DNA from: Octopus sinensis
Lineage: Eukaryota
Direction: 5' to 3'
DNA length: 64,000 nucleotides
Assembly: GCF_006345805.1 (NCBI RefSeq)
Contig: NC_043001.1
Span: forward strand, 31,372,001 to 31,436,000
In this document: positions 12,102 through 26,045 of the stretch, in pieces
How the letters are laid out: every line of letters begins with the position of its first letter
How positions within the stretch are numbered: the first letter of the stretch is position 1
The notes under the pieces: generated by a model
Told to the model about the DNA's origin: nothing
Database searches by the model: none
Seen by the model: the letters and a program-made list of their open reading frames with translations, nothing else
Program-made: the position numbers and the translations under genes

Positions 12102-12559
12102 TATATATGAGATATATAAGGGAGATTTGGCAGTCATTTTCTATTTAGTCGAACAATGCATAAAGAATCCCTCGTTGACATGATGCTAGAGCTGTTAATG
12201 AAATCAAACATTTTAATATTGCTAAATCAAGAGTTCAAGCTTAAACGCAGACGGTCACTCAATAACTAATTATAATATAAACATACAGAATATTTTGATC
12301 TTCTTGGACTAACCAATGGATTTTTTTTTTTTACATTCGCAATATTCACAGATTAGTAGACCAATGTATAGTCGGCTAAACCAACCCCAGTATACTTTGG
12401 GTATGTATTTGATTGACACTTGGAGAAATAAAGCAATAAGTCCTAGTTGCTATGTTATATGTTCGAAAGTATTCCATTGATTATATTTATGTTGATATAA
12501 TTACTTTTTACACAACCCGAGTTCCATGCAATTGCGATCTCCAGGCAAGAACTGTCTTC

Positions 12560-13000
12560 TTTTGGTAATTGGGTTGTTTGCATACATCAAAGCAGGTTCA
12601 TTTATTCAAATATCTTAGACTGCATCCAAAGAAAAACAAAAAGCAGCCTGAGCAATTGGCATGAAGTCGCTCACCAACAGACTCCAACCTCTGGCCCACT
12701 AACATGCTATCTCCTCACTCCGCCTTTATCACTACTACTACAACTACTATAGCTTCTGTTCCTCAGAGCTGGTTGGTTTGTGTCACCTTCACTCTGGAAC
12801 TTCCAACTCACTTGTCTTTCCTTCTATTGTTACTCCATATTGTGTCCATCCTCCATACTCCCTTCTGACCATTACACCCCATACTATCCCACTCCAAAAA
12901 GATTGACCCTCTGGAATAGCCTTCCACTTTTCTACAACCTCCAACTGCAACCGTTCAAGAGGAACGGGAAGTCTGCTGATCTATCCGGTCCTTGGGAGTT
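12560..13000 (+). mobile_element. Old L2/CR1-like LINE 3' remnant; related copy at about 57790-58060
   Basis: atcttagactgcatccaa (ILDCIQ) and actactacta..caa..g.t..ctgttc.tcagag are shared between the loci; an LWNSLP motif is present. Confidence 0.5.
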
Positions 13001-13085
13001 TGTTAAGGCGAAAGTCGTAAACCCTGATTCCAGACCATTCTAATTATTAAAAAAATTTTTGAATTCGGTCGATTTCTCTCCAGCA

Positions 13086-13123
<38 letters not shown>

Positions 13124-13707
13124 GAAGACAAAACAACTAAGGAATACTGGAGAGACAATATAACTATATAGCTGGTGTTTTACAAGAGTGTCAATGGCAC
13201 AAAAGCACCCACAAAACAATGATAGTTTATATAATTTACACTCATGCTAGAGAAGAAAAGTTTTATAGCTACCTGAAAAAACAAAAACTAATGTTTTATC
13301 AAATATTAACACTTTGAAGCAAGACGTTAACGAAAGCAGAGTGTGAAAGAAGCACTAGCAAATAGGGAAAAATACAAATTATCTGCTTGATTATTAGGTT
13401 ATGGGGAAGAAAAAAACAGAAAACACCTTCAGACAAATCAACAGTGCAATTTGTACTAATATCGTTCAACCCAAATAGAGTTAACGAAATAATCTTATGA
13501 TGCAAATTATCTTTAATATTATTCTAAAATGCCAAACACTAAACATTTATTTTGATAAATATGTAGATCTCTCATCAGACGAAAAGTGTTATTCGTAAAG
13601 AAATTGTGGAACTATTCAAGTATTAAAATCATTGAAGTAGCGGCAGTAAGGAATAGTGGAAGAAAAAAAAGCAATCCCAATTATAATTAGAACAGAGGAA
13701 CAAACAG

Positions 13708-13795
<88 letters not shown>

Positions 13796-13956
13796 CATAC
13801 GCAGGCGTGTCTGTGTGGTAAGAAGCTTGCTTCCCAACCACATGGTTCCAGGCTCAGTCCCACGGCGTGGCACCTTGGGCGAGTGTTTTCTACTATAACC
13901 TTGGGCCGACCAAAGCCTTGCGAGTGGATTTGGTAGAGGGAAAAGAAAGAAGCCTG

Positions 13957-14037
<81 letters not shown>

Positions 14038-14472
14038 TATGTATATCTACGTGTATGTGTCTTTCTGACCGTGTTTGTCACCCCACCTCTTGACAACCGA
14101 TGTTGATGTATTTGCATCTCCGTAACTTAGTTGTTCGGCAAAAGAGACCGATAGAATAAGTATAAGGCTTAAAAAATAAATACTAGGGTCGATTCATTCG
14201 AAAAACAATTTAAGGCAGTGCTCTAGCATGGCCGCAGTCTAATGACTGAAACAAGTAGAAGAGAAAAGAGAAAAGATATCAGCAGTAATACAAGATATCA
14301 TGGCTCCGCTGCACAGATATACTTACGGTATTTAATCTTTTCCATCTTTTGTGTGTAGAATTGAAAAGAATTTACAAAAAATATTTTCGATACTACTACG
14401 TAGGTATTATTATTGTAAATAACGAGTTTTAATGTAAACCCGTTCTCTGTGGCTTCACTGCACGAACCAAAA

Positions 14473-14802
14473 TCTATATATATAAAGCTGAAGTTGTCTG
14501 TGTGTGGCACGTTTGGTAGCCTTCAACTAACACTATCTCCTCCGAGACCCTACGGCGCAAGTTGACCAAAATTGAGTGTATGATAGAAGGCGGCTTGCTC
14601 TTCCTTCCGTAGAAGAAAAAATTAAAATCGGACCATGTTAACACCAAAAATTATTTACATCAAAAGGTGCTTATTTTCTATTTTTTTACGATTTTTTTAC
14701 TGCTGTGTCGCCATTTTTCGGTATATTTTAACCATAAAAATGTCCACTTAAAGAGAATAACAAGCTACATATTACAATTTTTTTTCTTTTCAAAAATTCT
14801 AG
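14473..14802 (+). mobile_element. Non-autonomous Helitron, copy lacking the 3' hairpin
   Basis: Starts a|TCTATATATATAAAGCTGAAG and ends CTAG|t. It is the reverse complement of 62676-63064 but lacks about 50 bp of subterminal sequence. Confidence 0.8.
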
Positions 14803-15304
14803 TATTATATAAATTGAAGCATCCTAGAGAGAAAGGCGACATGACTGTTCTTGATTATTGGGATCGACTCGAGAAGCACAGACAAATATTTAAGTGACCA
14901 ATAATATATTTGCTTCAGAGATTGAAGCATTGACTGTTTATTAACTGATGGTTTTCTTTAAATGGTTTACTCACATAAAAAATAAATACTTCAAGTCGTA
15001 GAAGGATCTGCGTTGAATAAATTGATATTGATGTACAGCAGAATTAATTACGGTTTTAATAAACCAGTCACTATTTTTATTACCTTTCTCCTTCTAATCT
15101 TTTCATCAATATCTTTTTCCTTTTGTTACAGTCTATTGTGTTTAGGAATGAAATATCCATGGCCATCTTTTCCAGTGGCATGCAAAGAAAAATAATGACT
15201 AAAAGTTGTTTTTTTTTAATTACGTTGCATTAGTGACTTCAATGAATACATTGAATAAATTCAGTTTTTTTCTTTTCTTTTTGCTTATGCAAATAAATTT
15301 CGGT

Positions 15305-15600
15305 GGAGGCACATGGCCCAGTGGTTAGGGCAGCGGACTCGCGGTGGAGGGATTGCGGGTTCGAATCTCAGACCGGGCGATGTGTGTGTTTACGAGCGAA
15401 AACACCTAAGCTCCACGCGGCTCCGGCAGAAGGTAATGGCGAACTTCTGCTGACTCTTTCGTCACAACTTTCTCCTCACTCTTTCCTCCTGCATCCGCGA
15501 CGGACTGGCGTCCCGTCCAGGTGGGGAACCTATACGCCAAGAAACCGGAAAACCGGTCCTTATGAGCCAGGCATGGCTCGAAAAGGAACAAACAACAAAT
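15305..15600 (+). mobile_element. tRNA-derived SINE family C
   Basis: A box tggcccagtgg, B box ggttcgaatc, tail (aaac)n. Related copies at 18362-18640(-), 22875-23160(-), 36256-36551(-, 15-bp TSD catgaaattaggctt) and 52855-52945(-). Confidence 0.85.
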
Positions 15601-16056
15601 ATTTCTCGGAAATTAACAACCGCACGTTTACAAGAGAAGCAGGCATATTATGATAGCAAAAATTTTATAACGGAATTTTGAGCAAGCAAAAAAGTATCAA
15701 CTATACATCCATCCATTGAAATATTCTGCGGTGAAAAATCATGCTTGGAATTAGTCATAATAGAAATTTTTCATTTCATGATATCATTGAAATAGCATTT
15801 GACGAACGGACAGAGAAACGCAGCTTTTATTATATGACAAGATTATTATTACTTTTTTTTATTGTAATAGTAGTAAAACTAGAAGAAGAAGAAGAGAATG
15901 GCAGTGAACTGACACGTCAGACAATATTTATCCGCATTTCGTCCACTCGATAAATTAAGTACCAGTTGAGTACTGGGGTCGATGTAATCGATATGCTCCT
16001 TCCCCCAAAATTTCAGGCCTTGTGTCTATAGTAGAAAGGGTTATTATTATTATTAT

Positions 16057-16089
<33 letters not shown>

Positions 16090-16091
<2 letters not shown>

Positions 16092-16390
16092 AAGGTGCAT
16101 GGCTCAGTGGTTAGAGTGTCGAGCTTACGATCGCGAGGTTGTGAGTTCGATTCCCGGACCGGACTGCGTGTTGTGTTCTTGAGCAAAACACTTTATTTTA
16201 CGTTGCTCCTGTTAACTCAGTTGTAGAAATGAGTTGCGACCTCACTGGATAACATCAGTGATGTGAAGAAGGGAGGCTAGTATACATGGGCGACTGCTGG
16301 CCTTCCACAAACAACTTTGCCCAGACTTGTGCCTCGGAGGGTAACTTTCTAGGTGCAATCCCATGGTCATTCATGACCGAAGGGGGTCTT

Positions 16391-16392
<2 letters not shown>
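16090..16392 (+). mobile_element. tRNA-derived SINE family D inserted in a (TAG)n tract; second copy at 17124-17455
   Basis: tggctcagtggttagag..gttcgattccc..cttgagcaa..catgaccgaagggggtcttta, with (agt)n on both sides. Confidence 0.85.
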
Positions 16393-16429
<37 letters not shown>

Positions 16430-17472
16430 CAGCAGCAGCCGCCCAAGAATTTGGACCTGGAGATCTCCATTTCCAGCGACTTCGAGGGCCACCCCCCAGT
16501 GGTGTCGGGCGTCAACGAAGAGCTCTCGACTACAACAAGACGACCAAAGTTTTTTTTTTTTCAAGGTCTGGGGTCTCCCGCCCCTAAGCCCTAGACCATC
16601 ACCTAATCACCCTTACCCGTCTTGTTGCTTAACAACAACAACAACAAAAACAGCAGATGTCATCGTAGTGATGGTGCCGCCGCCGTCATCGCAGCGCAAA
16701 CCACAACGACCTTGCTGGCATTAAAATCTGCTCACTTCCCCCTGACTTCCATCTATCTACAATTAGGCGTCGAAAGATTTGGCAATGTTTGTTACAAAAA
16801 TAATATGTCCGCTTCTATTTGTAACAAAGACCAAAGAATGAATAATTTACATATATAAGCATTACTTGGGGGAGCTTATTTCAAGACATATATAAGTGGC
16901 ATCATCATCATTACTATTACGCTCAGTGCAAACGACTGACTACTTCAGATGAGAAGGAAGTGCATTGTTAAGTAGCTAGAACATAAATAGAACATTTTGT
17001 TACGTAATGAAAGTAAAGAATTTTATTCTGTCTAATTTTGAGAATAGAGGAGTTGAATGAGGTCAGAAAAGTTCGTAAAACAGAATTCTATAGGTTATCT
17101 TCCTTTCATTCTTTTTTATTTATTGGCTCAGTGGTTAGAGCGTCGAGCTTACGATCGTGAGGTTGTGAGCTCGAATCCCGGACCGGGCTGCGTGTTGTGT
17201 TCTTGAGCAAAGCACTTTATTTCACGTTGCTCCAGTTCACTCATCTGTAGAAATGAGTTGCGACGTCACTGGTGCCAAGCTGTATAGGCCTTTGTCTTTC
17301 CCTTGGATAACACTGGTGGCGTGGAGAGGGGAGGCTGGTATGCATGGGTGACTGCTGGTCTTCCATAAACAACCTTGCCCGGACTTGTGTCTAGGAGGGT
17401 AACTTTCTAGGTGCAATCCCATGGTCATTCATGACCGAAGGGGGTCTTTACCCTTTTAGCCTTATTTTTAAA

Positions 17473-17809
17473 CTAGCAGTATCACCCGGCGTTGCTCGGG
17501 TTTGTTTCGACCCTTTAGAATTGGAATTTTTGAAAAGTAAAAATTTTGCATTATGTAGCTTGTTATTCTCTTTAAGTGAACATTTTTCTGGTTAAAATAC
17601 ACCGAAAAATGGCGACACAGCAGTGAAAAAATCGTAAAAAATAGGGATTATCATAGAAAAAAAGCACCCTTTTGATGTAAATAATTTTTGGTGTTAACAT
17701 GGTCCGATTTGAATTTTTTCTTCTACGGAAGGAAGAGCAAACCTTCTTCTATCATATACTCAATTTTGGTCAGCTTGCGCCGTAGGGTCTGGGAGGAGAT
17801 AGTGTTAGA
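17473..17809 (-). mobile_element. Non-autonomous Helitron with a 5'-subterminal deletion
   Basis: The 3' end has the hairpin cccgagcaacgccggg then CTAG|t. The body matches 62676-63064. Confidence 0.85.
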
Positions 17810-18319
17810 TTATAAAATAGTTAATCTTTATCTAGTATTCTATAATTCAAACATGAGTTCTTGTTAACGTTAAATATCAAGGTTATGCTGCAACATAACA
17901 CGGACCATTTGTTTATAAACGTATCTGAGTTTCTTTTGTTAATATATTGAAATGAATTGCGCCAGAGGCTTTAATTTAGAGTTTAGACCCATTTTGTTTT
18001 AAGTTCATTTTAATGGATGAAATTCATAAATTATAACTCTTCGTTTCCTTTCCTCTAAAAGATCTTAAAAATTTTTGTATGTCTACTAATCAAAATAAAC
18101 CAATATATTGATTTCATATAACTTTATAAAAGAGAGATTTATCCCTTTTACTGCAGAAATAAGGTACAGGCTTGGTTGTGTGATAAGAAGCTTGCTTCCC
18201 AACTTCATCGTTCCGGGTTCAGTCTTACTGCGTGGCACCTTCGGCAAATGTCGTCTACTATAGCCTAGGGCCGACCAAAACCTTGTGATATGGTAGACGA
18301 AAACTGAAAGAAGCCCGTC

Positions 18320-18367
<48 letters not shown>

Positions 18368-19689
18368 ACCGACCAGGCTATCAGATGTTGCTACACATCG
18401 CTGGTCACAATGCGCTTCGCATTGTTTTAGCCTTCAAGTGACTCCACCCCTCTGGCTCAGCGAACAGGCCAACATAAGAAAGAGTGAGAGAAAGTTGCGG
18501 TGAAAGAGTACAGCAGGGATCGCCACCACTCTCTGCCGGAGCCCCATGGAGCTTTAGGTGTTTTCGCTCAATAAACACTCAACGCCCGGTCTGGGAATCG
18601 AAACCATGATCCTACGACCGCGTGTCTGCTGCGCTAACCGAGAGTCTCCTTATCGCTCCATCGTTTTCTGAGGAGGACTTCTTTTTTTTCCCATAAACTT
18701 GTAGTCACTAGATAAAATAATACACCAAAATGAAGTTGAATGAATTTGATTTTTCCCCACCAAAAAACAGTATTGTGCTTAGTTAAAAGAACTCAATGTT
18801 GCTATTGTTTTATGCTAATAACTAAAAATAGAGACGAAATGTGTTGAAAACTGGCACAAGATATGAAAAAAAACATAAGATTTCATTTTTTTTTAATCGT
18901 TTAAATCTCTAAAATAAAAGAATGCATTTTAATCCTTCTAAACGCTTTTTACAAGTAGGGGAGCCGTAAACAGAAAATAGTATCTGGTAATAAATGCCCA
19001 GAAGCTTATCTATAAAAACGCAACTTAATTATTTTCAAGAAAGACAATAACGTCTTTATAAAATTTACTTAAGAAAATTTCTCCTGTCTCACACAATAGA
19101 TTCTTATCAGCTTTATAACATTTGTGGTCTCTGTGTTCCTGTCTCGGTCACGTTATCAGGAATAAGATCCGATTAGCTCATTAAACTTATGTCATTTAAT
19201 CCTTGTCTCTTTAAATATTACATTTTTAAAGTTTTAGTTGTTTTCTCGTATTTTTCTTAATAAAAAAAAAATACTCGGGTAAGAAAAAAGCAAAAAGATA
19301 TTTTTCATTTCTTTGATTTCTCAGGGCTATTGCGTGATTCTTTTTTCCTTGGTTAACTGGTTTGTTCATATGCTTTGTTTTAGCTATAAAAAAAATAGCA
19401 AATCTCTTGAAAAATTAGCCTGCAACGGTCGACTGACGCCCTAACTAGGCACTTATAGATTTAAAAGTTACACAAACACATAGTAAACACATAGTACAAA
19501 AAATTAATAAAACAATATATAATAAGTAAAAATATTCTTTTTACTTATTATATATATTTTTATTCATTTTTGTGTTTTTTGTGATCTAGTTATATATTTT
19601 ATTATATATTTTATTTTTTCTTTATGATTTGGTTTATGTCTATCATTGTTTCAATTGCATAATTGTGTTTTTTCTCTAATTTATATATA

Positions 19690-19766
19690 TTATATGTTTA
19701 TATTGTGAAATTTGATTTAATACTAAATTGAATTTTTCCCTGTAAGTTTGGAATTATACTCCCTAA

Positions 19767-19800
<34 letters not shown>

Positions 19801-20031
19801 ATTATTATTATTATTATTATTATTATTTTATATATATATATATACGTAACATATGGTATAATTATAAACAGGGCAAAATTTAGCCATTTCTCCACAGATT
19901 GAACAAATGATGAACACCCTTAATCGATTTTCGTACCTTATTGGGTTCTCGTCAGAGGCGTCTATATCATTCTGACAGTCTCCAGAGAAACAAGCAGCCA
20001 AACTGTTTATATACTGAACAAATGTATATAT

Positions 20032-20085
<54 letters not shown>
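19690..20085 (-). mobile_element. Penelope-like terminal repeat remnant embedded in (ATT)n/(TA)n
   Basis: Short non-coding repeat bracketed by TA microsatellites and carrying a hammerhead core. Confidence 0.5.
19912..19962 (-). ncRNA. Minimal type I hammerhead ribozyme motif with intact core
   Basis: Minus strand reads GACGCCT CTGACGA GAACC CAATAA GGTAC GAAA ATCGAT T A AGGGTGTT: helix III palindrome AATCGATT, UUA cleavage triplet. Confidence 0.68.
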
Positions 20086-20131
20086 GCAAGATTTTACAGT
20101 GGCGATAAAGTACTAGTTCATTCTCTCCCCG

Positions 20132-20175
<44 letters not shown>

Positions 20176-20866
20176 GGAAAAAATCCGCTGTCGTTGGATC
20201 TAGACAGAGGTGGACTCCGCAATATTTAAATACTCAAGACACGCTGTATGTTACAATTTGCTATCTTAAGGCAGGTGCTATGGATACTGTTCCAAAGGCC
20301 AATAGGTCTATTAATACCGATTTCAAATTTTGGCACACGATCAGCAATTTCAGAGGAAGGGTTAAGTCGATTACATCGACCCCAAAACGATGAAAGGCGA
20401 AGCCAATACCGATGGAATTTGAACGTAAAGACGGATGAAATGCCGCTAAGCATTTCGCCCGGCGTGCTAACCATTCTGCCAGTCTCGCCGCCTTATGGAC
20501 CCATTGATATTGTTTAATTATATATTGATGGGAGTCGGGGCCCGCGTCTTCAACTCAGCATCCATGCTTGGGAGCATTTGGGAGAAGATACTTGCCCAGG
20601 TGCCGCACAGTGGGGTCAAATCTGAAACTACGTACCCATACCAGAGCCTGTTTTGTATTCGTTGGGTTAATTATTGTATGTTAGCTGTTGAGATTAATTT
20701 GTGGCTGTGTAGTAAGTAGCTTGCTTACCAACCACTTGGTGCCGGGTTCAGACCCATTGCGTGGAACCTTGGGCAAGTGTCTTCTACTATAGCCTCAGGC
20801 CGACCAAAGCCTTGTGAGTGGATTTGGTAGACGGAAACTGAAAGAAGCCCGTCGTATATATGTATG

Positions 20867-20898
<32 letters not shown>

Positions 20899-21689
20899 TG
20901 TTTGTGTGTCTGTGTTTAACTCCCCAACATCGCTTGACAACCGATGCTGGTGTGTTTACGTCGCCGTAACTTAGCGGTTCGGCAATAGAGACCGATAGAA
21001 TAAGTACTAGGCTTACAAAGAATAAGTCCTGGGGTCGATTTGTTCGAGTAAAGGCGATGCTCCAGCATGGCCACAGTCACATGACTGAAACACGTAAAAG
21101 AGTTATTCAATTACGGTAATTGTGGTCATGCTTCCTGCTGCAATATTTGATCATAAATAACATGACCTTTAAAACTCTTTCAGTCGAAGTGTCATTACAT
21201 CTTGAATTAAACAAATATTTTCATAAAAATCTCTTAAGTTCACGTTGTTTATTTGAAAGATGACAGCAATTCTGCTGTCAAAGTTCTCTCTCGTTTCAAT
21301 TAAAGAGAAAATCAGTTAGGATACATAACCAACTGTCCCTTAATATAGAAGTTCTGCGACGAAAAGTTGCAAGCAATTGGTTAAGTATACTCCGCGGAGA
21401 TAATCTCAAAAACAAAGCCTTTTTATCACGCTTGGCTCGGAACTGTATACTGTTTGTAATTGAAAACTTCATGAGTATAATGTTACTTGTTTCAGTCGTT
21501 AGACTGCGGCCATGCAGGAGCACCGACTTCAGGAAATTTTTGTCGGATGAATCAACGCTGGTACTTCTATTTTTTTTTTAAGTCTGGTACTTATTCTATC
21601 GATCATTTTTTGTCGAACTGCTGAGTTACGGGGACGTAAACACACCAACATCGGTTGTAAGGCGATGGTGGGGGACAAACAGACACGGT

Positions 21690-22070
21690 CGTCCTGAACG
21701 TCGTCTTCAAGCAACAAGTGACCATTCCTACAGCATACCACTTGTAAACTCGTGTTTTGCTCATGGCATATTCCTTGTAAGCTGTTTGAAGCATGACAAC
21801 TGTTTCGGCCGCTGTTTTACCCCAACAGAAAACAGAATTTCACGGAAGCCCACTGTTCCTTCGTTTCAGACATCGCAAAAATCAACAAACTGGGAAGAAG
21901 CACTACAAAACAAAGACACACCATGTGGTAGTACGACTCCACAAGACGCCGCCAGTCGGCAGACTGATGCCTAAGGGTCACATCAAGCGGCTTCTAGCGG
22001 CGGAAGCCTGAACTATAACGGGTTTGTCCCAAAGAGAACGTTACCGATTACTTTTGGTTACCCCATTATA
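21690..22070 (-). mobile_element. mariner-like transposon, 5' remnant (TIR plus HTH-coding start)
   Basis: ETVVMLQTAYKEYAMSKTRVYKWY..LEDD resembles the Mos1-type N-terminal HTH. A degenerate TIR ggggtaaccaaaagtaatcgg lies near 22065. Confidence 0.7.
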
Positions 22071-22617
22071 ATAAACCACATTTTTACAGCACTATTTCAA
22101 TCACATATTTTCAGTTCAATATTTGTAATGCATTGAAGGGAATTTAGAAATATGGAAATCACTTTAGCCAATTATATAGAGTAAAATAGAGAGTGTGCCT
22201 CTTGAGTTTGCCGGCTTCCCCAGGCCAATACGGTCTATACAGGCTTATACAGCAAACCCAGAATTGACGACCCCATAAAAACGTTGCTCATGGTTGGCTA
22301 CCCCTCGTCTATCTCCCACTCCTAGTTTCACTACTGAACATACCTAATGTAGGAAAATGACTGTATTCGGTGTTCACGCTAGAGGTGGAATGTCAGTGGC
22401 TTTTTGCTGCATCTATAGCAAAACTTGTTGGTATTGAACGTTACTGCGCCAGGCCAAATGCTTAGCGGCAAGTGTTTAGTTGCATTTTGTCCGTCTTACA
22501 CGTTCTGAGTTCAAATTCTGCCGAGGTTGACTTTGCCTTTCATCTTAGCGGAGTCAATAAAATAAATACCAGTTGAACATATAGTCGACTTACCCATTCC
22601 CCGAAATTGCTGGCCTT

Positions 22618-22845
22618 GTATGTATGTATGTATGTATGTATGTATGTATGTATGTATGTATGTATGTATGTATGTATGTATGTATGTATGCATGCATGCA
22701 TGCATGCACGCACGCACGTCTGTACGTACGTACGTACGTACGTACGTATGTATGTATGTATGTATGTATGTATGTATGTATGTATGTATGTATGTATGTA
22801 TGTATGTACGTATGTACGTACGTACGTACGCACGCACGCACGAAC
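22618..22845. repeat. Compound tetranucleotide microsatellite (TATG)n-(CATG)n-(CACG)n-(TACG)n
   Basis: Directly visible. Confidence 0.95.
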
Positions 22846-23804
22846 GAGTATATAGGATGTACATGTGTGGCAGCATTGTTTGTTGCTTCTCGAGCTACGC
22901 CTGGCTAATAAGGGCCAGTTTCCTTAGCGTATAGGTTCTCCACTCGGACGGGACGCCGGTCCGTCGCAGGTGACCTGAAATATGCAGGAGGAAAGAGTGA
23001 GAGAAAGTTGTGGTGAAAGAGTCAGCAGAAGTTTGCCATTACCCTCTGCCGGAGCCGCGTGGAACTTAGATATTTCGCTCATAAACACACACTGTGATTC
23101 GAACCTGCGATCCCTCGGCCGCAAGTCCACTGCTCTAACCACTATGCCATGTGCCTCCACGTGTGACAGCATAAAGAGACCTAAATCGAGGCTATCAAAG
23201 AGAGAACAAGGTAATACAGATTAATGGGCGATAACTTCCTCGTTTACGCCAGTTAAACATTAAATTTTGGACAATTTTTTTTCCTTTAAGGTTTAGCTTT
23301 GCTGAAATGCTGAACACTAAGCAATACTCCTAGCTTTGCTTAAATGCTGAAGACTAAGCAATACTTCTCGTTTTGCTTATATCGAACTGCAAGTCTACTA
23401 ACGTCGCACATATAACGTTGATTTTCGAAGTATTATAAGATTTACCTAGTTATCCCCCTTACCTTCTCAAGTTCTCTCTCGTTTCAATTTATGATGTTGA
23501 AAAATAATTAATTTTGAAATGGTTTGTGCCTTTGACCAAGCACAATCTATTATTTATAGAGGAGGTAATTAAGAAGTTGTGATTTTTATGCCTTCAAAGG
23601 GATCAGTAAAAAAAGTTGAATCATTTCAGTCTAGCGATCGTAAGCGCAGCTTCACTGATAATTTGCTTGGATGTCTCAAAAATTCACCATCTGAATGAAA
23701 GTTGTTTATATTTTATTTATTTATTCATTTATTTTACGTGCACAATTCTTGGAATTTAAAGGCGTGGTAGGCATGGTTAAAGTGACATTCATTATTCTTC
23801 CAAT

Positions 23805-24312
23805 GGATACGGGCCATACCCTCCATCAGGCATTTGCCATATTCTGAACACCTTACTTCCCTGGGCATGGATACATTGAAACTCCGACGTCTGGCAGCTG
23901 ACTTGGCAGACACCCATAAAATTATTAACCATCTTACAAACAATAAATCTGAGCACCTTTTCAAACTCCATCTGTCTAACACCCATGGACATGTTTACAA
24001 AGTCAGAAAACAGCACAGCTCCCATAACTTTCGGAAACATTTTTTTCACGCTAAGAGTTGCTGAAGCATGAGACAAACTGACGGCATCAGTTGTTAGTTG
24101 TCGGAGCACTGCATCCTTCAAAACTTCCATGCTTCCTGAGATTCGCCAACACTACACCTGATGTTTTCCCCTCCAGACACACGCAAGCACGTATCTGACT
24201 CATACAGTGTTGGCTTTCCAGACATTTGTACATTACTGCATATACTTTATATGCACTTTTGACAAGTTGTGATGCACCTGAGCACTGTATACAATAATTT
24301 CATTATTATTAT
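23805..24312 (+). mobile_element. CR1/L2-like LINE 3' fragment with 3' UTR and (ATT)n tail
   Basis: PYSEHLTSLGMDTLKLRRLAADL..THGHVYKV..FRKHFF. The 3' UTR is nearly identical to 27637-27798. Confidence 0.85.
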
Positions 24313-24549
24313 AATAAAGATATATTTGTTGTTTTGTCATATCTTTCTTACTTTCGCGACATCGCAGGCGTTGAGAAACTTAGTGACGCCGGAGTAAATC
24401 ATCAGCTACGAACAAATAAATATATTCTACTAAATAATTCTTTTCTCTCTCATTTATTTGCCTGTGGAGGATTAATAAAGAAATATGAAAAGTCTTCAAT
24501 GCGAAAGATTAAACAGTCATATCTTTAATATAATTTGTCAGAAATAAAA

Positions 24550-24990
24550 GCTATTCAGTTCGGTTTACGTACCTATTCTCACCTATGATCATAAATGTTG
24601 GGTGATGACCGAATCAATACGATCGCGAATACAAGCGGCCGAAACGGAGTTACTCCGAAATATAATGTTTCTCGACAGGGTACGTAACACGGAGACGGGG
24701 AGTTTCTTCAGGTCGAACCGCTACTTCTTTGCATTGAGAGGTCATAGCTCCAGTGTTACGGAAATATGGTTAGAATGCCACGGTAAAGGATCGCAAGATG
24801 GAATCTTCAAGCCTAACCAACCAGCAGTAGAGCTAGGAGAATACCAAGGACGAAATGGCCGGGTAATATTCATGATCTTAGTTGGTCACACTTTAGAGTC
24901 CAGCAGAAAAGTGTAATGACGGTTGCTTTTGATAGGACACTACGGTGGAGTTCCTTGATGACTCTCCCAGGTACAGTGGGCGGCCAAGAA
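24550..24990 (+). mobile_element. RTE-clade LINE C-terminal remnant; related remnant at about 54760-55100
   Basis: RPILTY..MTESIRSRIQAAETELLR..LDRVRNTE, plus a decayed RMP..GRPR..W segment. Confidence 0.65.
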
Positions 24991-25712
24991 GGATAAACAC
25001 GGTTCATTCTATATACAAATATAAATGTGCTAACCTCTAGAAAAATCGTTAGACGATACCTCAGCACTTTCTATACTGGTCCATCATCTCAGTTTGAAAA
25101 GAAGTAAATGAGTCAACAAAAGATGATAGCCATTTTGACATCGAAGATTTATTTGATCAATAATTTATTGCCAAAGCATGATGCTATTTTTCTCATATTA
25201 GTCAGTGCAAAGCCTTTTTTTTTTTTTTTGTATGACTGAACCAACACCAGAATATCACAGGCAGGTCTGTTGGTCCTTTTTGTTTTTGTTTTTCGACCGT
25301 CTGTGAAAATATTCAGATTTATTGCTGATCAGTGAGAACCGAATTAAACTGACATATTTTCAATTAAATTTTAATCGTTGGGAATGTTAAGTTCTCTCCC
25401 TTGTTCCTCTTGTTAAGAATTGTTATTCACCCTAATGATTTTTCCCTTTCATTATAAATGCAATTTCTTTCTTTTTTTTTAAAATTCAATACTTTAAATG
25501 AGTTAGTCCGCAAGTATAAATAATTTTTTGTGTGTTAGACATAGATATGTAAATATTGATGAGATATAAACACCATTACTTTAAGAAAATAGAAACAGGC
25601 AGTGACGTTTATGTATTCCCCAAAAATATTTTCAGTGTGAATGAAACAAAATAGTTTCAACAAGCGTTATAGCCTCCTCGACTCATCGGTACCCAACATT
25701 TTGCTTTATGGT

Positions 25713-25919
25713 TGTTACACATTCATATCTGTGTATACGTGCATCCCCACTCTTGGCACTATTCTGTAGTGAATAGTACAAACTGTGTGTAAAGTATATA
25801 ATGTATTACTATGCTGAACGTCGCCGTCCGTGTAACAAGTAAAGATAATAAACACGTAAACAATAACAATGGTTTTCAACTGGTTGTCTATCCCATTAGA
25901 ACCTAAACTACGCATAACA
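25713..25919 (+). mobile_element. 5' LTR of a Gypsy element
   Basis: TGTTA...TAACA termini and an internal AATAAA. Immediately followed by the PBS TGGTGGCAACGGT (25920-25932), one mismatch from a tRNA-Leu-type TGGTGGCAGCGGT. Confidence 0.7.
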
Positions 25920-26045
25920 TGGTGGCAACGGTAAATAATTAAACGGAAACAGTGCCTTTACAAAAAAATCTGAAACGCAACGAACCAGGAAATTAACAAA
26001 CAAAACATCGCTTCGCCTTCGGACAACATAAACAACGAATCCAAG

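Noticed and set aside
13540-13590. CTGATGAG on the minus strand as another hammerhead; similar partial cores at about 9455, 11832, 53553 and 53609
   Set aside because: No properly placed GAAA with stem II, palindromic helix III and stem I.
15305-15380. Possible tRNA genes (also 16095, 17124, 40324)
   Set aside because: A and B boxes continue into multi-copy SINE bodies and no complete acceptor stem is evident.
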